Source of the DNA: Negativicutes bacterium | GTDB taxonomy: Bacteria > Bacillota > Negativicutes > UBA1444 | Length of the DNA stretch: 64,000 nt | Assembly (NCBI GenBank): GCA_963665275.2 | Contig: CAXXIN010000005.1 | Coordinates: 32,001 to 96,000, forward strand | Reading direction: 5' to 3' | The notes under the pieces: generated by a model | What the model was told of the DNA's origin: nothing | Database searches by the model: none | Seen by the model: only the letters and a program-made list of their open reading frames with translations | Program-made: the position numbers and the translations under genes | Part shown: positions 56,932 through 64,000 of the stretch, in pieces | Layout: every line of letters begins with the position of its first letter | How positions within the stretch are numbered: position 1 is the stretch's first letter

Positions 56932-59393
56932 AGTAATTTGACGAATTGTCCGACCAAGTGTGGATCGAATTGTGTTCCTGCGCAGCGGTGGAGTTCTGCA
57001 ATCGCACTGGTTTGACTCAGGGCTTGGCGATAGGGGCGATCGTGGGTCATAGCGTCGAAAGCGTCGACGATGGACAAGATCCGGCATTCCAACGGAATGG
57101 CGTCTTCCGTGAGCCCAAGCGGATAACCGCAGCCGTTCCACCACTCCTGATGCTTGAGAATCCAACCGGCGATCGGCGCCAGATCTGGCGTGGACATCGC
57201 GATGCGATGCCCGATTTCGCAATGCTTCTGCATGATCGTCCGTTCGTCTGCATTCAGGGGGCCGGGTTTGAATAAAACATTGTCAGGGATCCCGACTTTT
57301 CCTATATCGTGAAAGTGAGCCAACAGGCGAAGATCCGGCAAACTGCTCTCTGGCAGTTCCAGGGACCGGGCGAAGTTTTCGACGAGGTCCTGAAGCCGGT
57401 CTCCATGACCTTCGGTGATGAAATCCCGAACTTCGAGAGCCTTGACAAGTCCCTGAACAATAGTGCTGCGGGCGCTGTTTTTTTGATGGAGTTTCTCGCG
57501 ATACATATTGTTGTCGGCTTCTTTGAACATTGCGTTCATGTCAACCGGACTCTGACGGCTTACGGCATAACCCAACGACAGGCTGAGCGGCAGAGTGGGA
57601 TGCAGAAGGTTGTATTTCCGGACGTGTTTCTTGATTCGGTGGCAGGCGTTTTCACAAGCTTTGACCGAATTAGGGGTAAGCAGGACGACGAATTCATCCC
57701 CGCCAATCCGTGAGATGACATCGCCGGGACGAAACGATTGACGCAAAATATCAGCTGCGCTCTTTAAGACGTCGTCGCCGGTCTTGTGGCCGAGGGAGTC
57801 GTTGACGATCTTTAACCCGTCCACGTCGCACATCAGTAAGCTGACGGCCTTTTCGCGCTGCATTTCATACCTGCGCATTTCTTCTTCAAAGAACGTTCGG
57901 TTGTAGCAGCCGGTTAATGCATCATGCAGGCTGAGGTGCGTCAACTGAGCTTCCATTCTCTTGCGGTCCGTCACGTTACGACAGAGCGCTAACGCCTGAT
58001 CGCCGGTTCTTAATGCGATGCGGGCTTCGTAGAAGGACAGTTTGTCGCCGTCAGCCAGCTCATATTCGAAAAGCTGCAGATCATTGGTTTCGAAAGCGCG
58101 CTCAAGTTTTTCTTCCATCAGGTCTTTGAGGACAGGCGGGAAGATGTCGGAGATTTTTTTGCCAAGAAACAGTTCCGAGGGAAGAAAGAAAGCGTCAGTC
58201 CCCTCATGGCACTCAAGAAAAGTTCCATCGCGGCGCAACACGAACAACAGGTCGGGAATTGCATTGATGGTAGCTTGCAACGAGGTTTCCGCTGTGCGCC
58301 GTTCTCGATTCTCACGCTCGTACGATTCAAGGAGAGTCGCGTTGTCCAGAGCGACGGAAGCCATTTCAGCAAATCGGCTCAGCAGGGACACTTCTTCCGG
58401 CCCGAATTCTTTTCCTAGTTCACAATAGGCCAGTCCGATCGTGCCGATGACCAGGGATTCTGCTTTAAGTGGAATCTGCAGAACCGCATAAATATTATCG
58501 GCTTGCACAGATTCGGGGTTTTGCTTTTTCCAGGTGTGATAGTCATTGATCGTAGCCGGCGCTCCAGTCCGGTATACCAATCCGCTGATTCCCTTGTCCG
58601 CAGAGATTTCATGGCCGATATCCGCTGCATAGATCCCCAGTCCATGGGTCCGCCGGAATACTTGGCGCGAGCTGTCCAGAATATAAATAAAACCGTGATT
58701 TGTGCCGACCAGACTCGTGGCGTCGGCGACGATCATGGATAACAACTCGGCGGGATTGCTTCTGTGCATAAGGCCGAGGGCGGTTCCCTGCAAGGACGAT
58801 AAAATCGCATTCTGGCGCTGAATTTCCGATTCTTTCTCCAGCAGCTCCTGGAACTGCGACCGCAAATCTTCTTCAGAGGCGGTGAGTTCTTCATTGGTGG
58901 CGGTGAGCTCTTCGTTGGCAGCCGTCAATTCTTCATTGGCGGCAATCAGCTCTTCGTTTAGGCTTTGCTGCTTTTGCTCGCTTTCCTGCAGAGCCTTCTC
59001 CAAGGCAACCGTTGCGGTGATATCGCGAACAATGCTGATCACGGCCTTGAGCCCGTTGATCTGCAGATTTTTGGAGTTCACTTCGACAGGGAAAGGTTCG
59101 CCGCTATTACGCTGATGTTGCGTGCGAAACGAAACGGAGCCTGCATAAGCGGCTGCCAGCTGAAGTTCAAGCTGAGGCAGCTGATCCGGCGCCCGCAGGT
59201 TTTTAACGGATAGGGTCTGAAGTTCGGTCACCGGGTATCCGTAGGCATCCGCCGCTGACTGGTTGGCATACAGGATCCTTGAATCTGGACCGACGACAAG
59301 GATAATGTCCTTCGCCTGATCCAAAATATCGTAAAAAATATTGGAGCTTAGAGTGGATAAATTCTCAAAGGCTGTATCAGTGGTCAATTTCAA
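56928..59393 (-). CDS. PAS-coiled coil-GAF-PAS-GGDEF-HD-GYP c-di-GMP enzyme
   Basis: RPGD I-site plus RIGGDEF; HDIGK, HQEWWNGCGYP, DAFDAM and GTQFDP. Confidence 0.92.
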   Translation of the reverse strand: MKLTTDTAFENLSTLSSNIFYDILDQAKDIILVVGPDSRILYANQSAADAYGYPVTELQTLSVKNLRAPDQLPQLELQLAAAYAGSVSFRTQHQRNSGEPFPVEVNSKNLQINGLKAVISIVRDITATVALEKALQESEQKQQSLNEELIAANEELTAANEELTATNEELTASEEDLRSQFQELLEKESEIQRQNAILSSLQGTALGLMHRSNPAELLSMIVADATSLVGTNHGFIYILDSSRQVFRRTHGLGIYAADIGHEISADKGISGLVYRTGAPATINDYHTWKKQNPESVQADNIYAVLQIPLKAESLVIGTIGLAYCELGKEFGPEEVSLLSRFAEMASVALDNATLLESYERENRERRTAETSLQATINAIPDLLFVLRRDGTFLECHEGTDAFFLPSELFLGKKISDIFPPVLKDLMEEKLERAFETNDLQLFEYELADGDKLSFYEARIALRTGDQALALCRNVTDRKRMEAQLTHLSLHDALTGCYNRTFFEEEMRRYEMQREKAVSLLMCDVDGLKIVNDSLGHKTGDDVLKSAADILRQSFRPGDVISRIGGDEFVVLLTPNSVKACENACHRIKKHVRKYNLLHPTLPLSLSLGYAVSRQSPVDMNAMFKEADNNMYREKLHQKNSARSTIVQGLVKALEVRDFITEGHGDRLQDLVENFARSLELPESSLPDLRLLAHFHDIGKVGIPDNVLFKPGPLNADERTIMQKHCEIGHRIAMSTPDLAPIAGWILKHQEWWNGCGYPLGLTEDAIPLECRILSIVDAFDAMTHDRPYRQALSQTSAIAELHRCAGTQFDPHLVGQFVKLL
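58875..58958 (-). repeat. Four degenerate 21-bp coding repeats (NEELxAx heptads)
   Basis: NEELIAA NEELTAA NEELTAT NEELTAS. Confidence 0.8.
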
Positions 59394-59447
59394 CAGAAAT
59401 CCTCCCTGATATACAATTTGCTATCAAACAAAATGATATGAATGAAA

Positions 59448-59475
59448 ATTCGCTATAGACAACTGTTCTTCCTGC
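59448..59475 (-). promoter_or_regulatory. sigmaH-like promoter (GCAGGA-N18-GAAT)
   Basis: Close match to the SigH consensus, upstream of the HD-GYP gene. Confidence 0.6.
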
Positions 59476-59590
59476 AATAGAAAGATAATTTATGCAAGCA
59501 AAAAAAGAGGGATTCTCTGCCAGAGGTCAAATATTGAATATTAGGGCAATGCGGTTGTTGTCAGTGTATATAGGGAAGGGGTAGAGAAAG

Positions 59591-60826
59591 ATGTATTCTA
59601 TGGGCAACGCCACCAGAAATACTATTGCGATGGTGCTGGCGGGCGGAAAAGGAGAACGGCTGGGTCAGATAACCATGAATCGTCCCAAACCCTGCGTCGA
59701 TTTTGGCGGTAAATACAAGATCATTGATTTTGTGCTCAGCAACCTTTTCAACTCCGGCATCAAAAAAGTGTATGTATTGACTCAATACCGAGCATACCCG
59801 TTGAATAAACACATCAAGGAATTCTGGTCCCGTTTGGTTGGGATGGGAGAGTTTTTTGACACGATCTCACCGGAAACGAACAGTGAGTCAGAGGAATGGT
59901 TCAAAGGAACCGCGGACGCGATTTACCAGTTCATGCGGTTCGTGGAATCTACCGATGCGGATTATATCGCTATTTTTGGCGGCGATCACATTTACAAAAT
60001 GGATATTAGCCAGATGATCGGCTATCACATCATGAATCATGCAGATATTACGGTAGCGGCCTTGGAAGTTTCAGTGTCGGACGCTTCCCGGTTCGGTATC
60101 TTCGCCGTCGATGAAGATTTTCGCGTGAGTTCCTTTGAGGAAAAACCGGTCAAGCCAAAATGCATCCCCGAGCGGGATACATGCTTCGCATCGATGGGTA
60201 ACTATATTTTTTCCACCCGCAAACTCATCGAAGTATTGAAAGAGGGAAAAAAGAAACACGACGATCTGGACTTCGGCAAGCATGTCATTCCGATGATGCT
60301 TGCCAAAGGAGACCGTGTGTTCACGTATAACTTCATGGACAATATGATTCCCGGGATGAAGCCGGAAGAACGCGGGTATTGGAAAGATGTCGGCACGATT
60401 GATTCTTATTACGATGCTAACATGGACTTGGTCAATGTGGCGCCGCAGCTGAATCTTTACAATTACCGATGGCCGATCCTGACCAATCAGGGGAATCTGC
60501 CGCCAGCCAAAACCGTATTTGATGAGGACGGCAGGCGGGGTGAAAACATCAGCTCCTATGTCTGCGGCGGCTGCATTACCAGCGGCAGTACCGTGAGACG
60601 TTCCATCATCGGCCCGCGTGGCAAGATCAACAGCTACAGCCTTATTGAGGATTCGATCCTATTCACCAACGTGGAAATCGGTCGTCATGTGAAGATTCGG
60701 CGGGCGATCATCGACGAAGACATGCGTATTCCCGAGGGAACGGAGATTGGCTATGATCACGATGCTGACCGTGCCCGCGGTTATATGGTTACCGACTCTG
60801 GCATCGTAATCGTGACGAAACGATAA
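59591..60826 (+). CDS. glgC: Glucose-1-phosphate adenylyltransferase
   Basis: LAGGKGERL, KPCVDFGGKY, GTADA, GDHIYKMD, FEEKP, DFG and YWKDVGT. Confidence 0.95.
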   Translation: MYSMGNATRNTIAMVLAGGKGERLGQITMNRPKPCVDFGGKYKIIDFVLSNLFNSGIKKVYVLTQYRAYPLNKHIKEFWSRLVGMGEFFDTISPETNSESEEWFKGTADAIYQFMRFVESTDADYIAIFGGDHIYKMDISQMIGYHIMNHADITVAALEVSVSDASRFGIFAVDEDFRVSSFEEKPVKPKCIPERDTCFASMGNYIFSTRKLIEVLKEGKKKHDDLDFGKHVIPMMLAKGDRVFTYNFMDNMIPGMKPEERGYWKDVGTIDSYYDANMDLVNVAPQLNLYNYRWPILTNQGNLPPAKTVFDEDGRRGENISSYVCGGCITSGSTVRRSIIGPRGKINSYSLIEDSILFTNVEIGRHVKIRRAIIDEDMRIPEGTEIGYDHDADRARGYMVTDSGIVIVTKR

Positions 60827-61020
60827 TCCGTACAATACGACTGCGAAGATTTCGAGCCAAGTAGTTTTCCATCCGTAATGCGAAAAATGTGCTCATCTGG
60901 CCGACGAAAATTCCAGCGTCTGCAAAGACCTGGAAATAGCGTTCGGCCAGTTTGTCATGAACCCCGCCCGATAATTATGTGGCAAAAATAATGGCGTTGA
61001 AAATGCCCTGGGGGATAGAT

Positions 61021-62268
61021 ATGTTGAATTTCCGACGCTTTTTCCGCGGGGCGGCAACAGCCGTGTTGCTTCTTTGTTTATGGACGGGATCATCTGCCGC
61101 GCTCTCCGCTGAGCCGGATCATATTGTTTTGACGTGGACGAAAGACCCCATGACGACGCAAACGATCACCTGGAGGACCGATGCCGAAGTGACATCCGGG
61201 GAGATTCGACTCTATGAAAGTTTGTCGGATAAGACAATTCCGTCGCCGGTCACAATCCTCGCGGCCCGGACGAACAGCCTGGAGACTTCTGCGGGAGTCA
61301 TGAACTTGCATTCTGTGACTGTGAACGGATTGACGCCAGGGCGGCGTTACCGATATCAGGTTGGCGGAGCGGATACCTGGAGTCCCGAGTACAGTTTTCA
61401 GACGGCGCCGTTGAAAGACGGTGGATTCAAATTTTTGATTTTTGGCGATTCGCAAAGTCTCGACTATGGCGTCTGGCGGACCACGCTGCAACAGGCTTAT
61501 CGGGCGAATCCGGATGCTGTTTTTTTTACCAACGTAGGGGATTTGGTCGATGTGGGACAGGATTACGCGGAATGGGAAGCTTGGTTCGCCGGGGTGGAAG
61601 GGGTGGCCGAAAGCCTTCCGACTATGCCGCTTACCGGGAATCATGAGTCGTATACACCGGAAAGAGTATTCTCCCGGCCGGTGTTTTTCACGGCGCAATT
61701 TGCGTTGCCTGACAATGGTCCGGATGGACTGAAGGGGCAGGTTTACTCTTTCGATTATGGTGACGTTCATTTTGTTATGCTTGACAGCCAGGAGGGGGAA
61801 CAACGAAGTTTTGTTCCAGACTTGATCGAAGCACAGCGGGTGTGGTTGGCGGCCGACCTGGCTGCGACGCAGAAAAAATGGCGGATCGCTTTCATCCATC
61901 GTCCTCTTTATGGGAACAAACCTGAGGGCGTGAATGAACGTCTTCGGCAGAGTTTTGCGCCGCTTTTCGATCAGTATCATGTGGATGTGGTGTTCACCGC
62001 CCATGATCACGTCGTTGCCCGCACCGCACCGTTGTTTGACGGTGAAGAGATGGCAGCGCCGGCAAGGGGTACGATCTATGCGGCGACAGGCCGCAGCGGC
62101 ACCAAAACCTACACGAATGTATCCGCTAAAGAGTGGAACGTGTTTTTTCATAACCCGGTAGAAGAGCCGAACTATCTGGTGGTTATGGTAAACGCCGATC
62201 AACTTCGGGTCAAAGCCGTCACGCAGAGCGGAAACCTGATCGACGAATGGTCGGTGGATCGACCGTGA
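61021..62268 (+). CDS. Secreted purple-acid-phosphatase-like metallophosphoesterase with FN3 domain
   Basis: Signal peptide, GLTPGRRYRYQVG, GDSQ, GDLVD, GNHE and AHDH. Confidence 0.88.
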   Translation: MLNFRRFFRGAATAVLLLCLWTGSSAALSAEPDHIVLTWTKDPMTTQTITWRTDAEVTSGEIRLYESLSDKTIPSPVTILAARTNSLETSAGVMNLHSVTVNGLTPGRRYRYQVGGADTWSPEYSFQTAPLKDGGFKFLIFGDSQSLDYGVWRTTLQQAYRANPDAVFFTNVGDLVDVGQDYAEWEAWFAGVEGVAESLPTMPLTGNHESYTPERVFSRPVFFTAQFALPDNGPDGLKGQVYSFDYGDVHFVMLDSQEGEQRSFVPDLIEAQRVWLAADLAATQKKWRIAFIHRPLYGNKPEGVNERLRQSFAPLFDQYHVDVVFTAHDHVVARTAPLFDGEEMAAPARGTIYAATGRSGTKTYTNVSAKEWNVFFHNPVEEPNYLVVMVNADQLRVKAVTQSGNLIDEWSVDRP

Positions 62269-63200
62269 TGTTTGTATATCTGGATATCGTTGAGAAGTTT
62301 ACATGTCGGCAATGCGGCGTCTGTTGCCGAAACAATTGGCTGGTGACGGTCGATGAAGCGGGTTACCGGAGGAACCGGGAACTTTTTCAGGCAGCGGGGC
62401 GCGAAGATGAGTTTCTGCAAGCCTTTGTTCCATTGCTAAGCGAAGCTGATTATGGCGAATATGCGCGGATTGCCAAACGGGCGGGCGGGGGCTGCTGGTT
62501 TTTGACGCCGGAGAATCTATGCCGTCTGCAGCAAATTGCCGGGCATGAGCACCTAGACACCGTATGCCAATGCTTTCCACGCTATCCGATGGATACTGAG
62601 CGGGGAATCGAACTTTCGCTAAGCTTCAGCTGCCCGGCGGCGGTGAAGCTGGCGTTGCGCGAGCAGCCTCTTCGGATCGTCCGGAGTGAAGACTCGCCGA
62701 TCCCCAGATTGCCGCTCGATTTCGTCAATCATGTTTACCCATGCCAACAGCCGGAGCATAGTGCGCTGCGTTACTATTTTGAAATTGAGCAGCATTTGAT
62801 CGACCTATTGCAGCAGCGGCAACTGACGATGGCAGAGCGACTGTCGATGACACGGCGATTTGTGACGGCGCTGGAGTGTCTCGCCGATCCGGAAAGGATG
62901 GGCAGAGAGATAAATTGTCTGGTGCAGTCCGATTATGAGCGGATCGATGAGATAACGCCAGTGGGAGGGGCAGATCGGAGTGGACCCGTACAATGGCTCA
63001 TCGAGAACTATTTTGTGAACTTCATTTTTCGTAAGAGCCTCTATAGCAATGGGTTTGCCAAGACACTGCAGCAACTTGGCCTGATGCAGGAACGATTGGG
63101 TGGGTTCCTGCGGGAGGGCGTCGCATGCGACGAGAATGACGTCGCTCAGGTGATCCTCCAGTTGGAATTGGAGTATAATCATAACAGCAGAAAAAAATAA
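62268..63200 (+). CDS. fliB: FliB-family flagellin lysine-N-methylase-like Fe-S protein
   Basis: [37 protein letters not shown] and YNHN. Confidence 0.75.
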   Translation: MFVYLDIVEKFTCRQCGVCCRNNWLVTVDEAGYRRNRELFQAAGREDEFLQAFVPLLSEADYGEYARIAKRAGGGCWFLTPENLCRLQQIAGHEHLDTVCQCFPRYPMDTERGIELSLSFSCPAAVKLALREQPLRIVRSEDSPIPRLPLDFVNHVYPCQQPEHSALRYYFEIEQHLIDLLQQRQLTMAERLSMTRRFVTALECLADPERMGREINCLVQSDYERIDEITPVGGADRSGPVQWLIENYFVNFIFRKSLYSNGFAKTLQQLGLMQERLGGFLREGVACDENDVAQVILQLELEYNHNSRKK

Positions 63201-63228
63201 CATTAAAGCATCGAGAGGGGAAGATATC

Positions 63229-64000
63229 ATGGATCAGGTTTTGTTGAACAAAGTCGCGGTGGTCACAGGAGGAGCTGGCGTTCTGGGCAGTGCTTTCTCC
63301 AAAGCGTTGGCGCAGGCGGGGGCCAAAGTAGCGATCATGAATCGATCTGCTGAAAAAGCCCAGGTGGTTGTGGAGGCAATTCAAGCCGCCGGTGGCGTTG
63401 CGATGGCGGTTCCTTGTGATGTGCTGGATAAAAGTGCAGTTGAACGCGCTGCGGAAATTGTCAAAGCAAAACTGGGGCCTTGCGATATTTTGATCAATGC
63501 GGCCGGCGGAAACCATCCTTCAGGTATTTCAGCCAAAGAGATTTTTCAGCCGGACATTGAAAATCCGTTGCAGGGAACTTTCTTTGATCTGAAAGTGGAA
63601 GGGTTTGAATCAGTATTTCAACTAAATTTCATGGGCACGTTCATTCCGACGCAGGTCTTTGCCTTGCAGATGCTCGGTCGTCCCGGAGCTACCGTCATCA
63701 ACCTCTCTTCGATGAGCGCCTATCATCCGCTGACCAAGGTCGCGGCTTACAGCGCGGCCAAGGCCGCTGTTAGCAACTTCACCGAGTGGCTGGCTGTTCA
63801 TCTGGCGGAGACGGGCATTCGCGTGAACGCGATCGCGCCTGGATTTTTCCTGACGGAACAGAATCGGACGCTGTTAACGAATCCGGATGGATCGTTAACG
63901 CCGCGGGCGCAAAAAATAATCACCCACACGCCGATGAAGCGATTCGGTGATCCGCGGGACCTGCTCGGCACGCTACTGTGGCTGGCGGACGAAAAAGCCT
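63229..64000 (+). CDS. uxuB: SDR oxidoreductase, D-mannonate oxidoreductase (UxuB)-like, partial
   Basis: My translation (absent from the ORF track): [31 protein letters not shown] and NAIAPGFF; runs off the window end. Confidence 0.8.
   Translation, partial: MDQVLLNKVAVVTGGAGVLGSAFSKALAQAGAKVAIMNRSAEKAQVVVEAIQAAGGVAMAVPCDVLDKSAVERAAEIVKAKLGPCDILINAAGGNHPSGISAKEIFQPDIENPLQGTFFDLKVEGFESVFQLNFMGTFIPTQVFALQMLGRPGATVINLSSMSAYHPLTKVAAYSAAKAAVSNFTEWLAVHLAETGIRVNAIAPGFFLTEQNRTLLTNPDGSLTPRAQKIITHTPMKRFGDPRDLLGTLLWLADEKA

Noticed and set aside
61090-62202. 370-aa antisense ORF (similarly 27580-28284, 33454-34221, 41090-41875, 13059-13808)
   Set aside because: Shadow ORFs opposite well-supported genes, with no recognisable motifs
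1-64000. Mobile elements, prophage, defence systems, rRNA and tRNA
   Set aside because: No transposase, integrase, phage, nuclease-defence or structural-RNA signatures recognised by eye; small or divergent elements could have been missed without HMM or Infernal searches

Overview
Accessory and housekeeping chromosomal segment from an anaerobic Firmicute, most likely a Negativicute (Sporomusaceae-like). The assignment is inferred from ArsAB-type cobamide phosphoribosyltransferases, lipoprotein TRAP binding proteins, T-box and cobalamin riboswitches, and class 3 FBPase. It holds about 55 protein-coding genes. I saw no rRNA, tRNA, CRISPR, prophage or IS. The two richest loci are sigma54-dependent catabolic operons. 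The first (31.3-42.6 kb) has a PrpR-like activator, a nickel-pincer LarA-family racemase/epimerase, a split UxaA/SuyAB-like dehydratase, a 2-hydroxyacid dehydrogenase, a TRAP transporter, a one-cysteine racemase-fold protein and a split transketolase, but no kinase or aldolase; I cannot match it to a described pathway. The second (44.8-53.7 kb) has a class III CoA-transferase, an HMG-CoA-lyase-family enzyme, two carboxylate transporters and a LeuCD-type hydratase (candidate citraconate/(R)-citramalate catabolism), with enhancer-like sites about 2 kb from its promoter. Other highlights: a close duplicate of the first operon's DctP placed behind a Cache-GAF-GGDEF-EAL protein; a Phe-specifier T-box with two antiterminator modules before an SSS transporter; a B12-riboswitch-controlled arsAB pair with a shortened ArsB; a DnaA-box cluster; many sigmaH-like promoters; and four +1 homopolymer frameshifts that are probably sequencing errors. 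All calls come from reading motifs by eye; no database searches were run.
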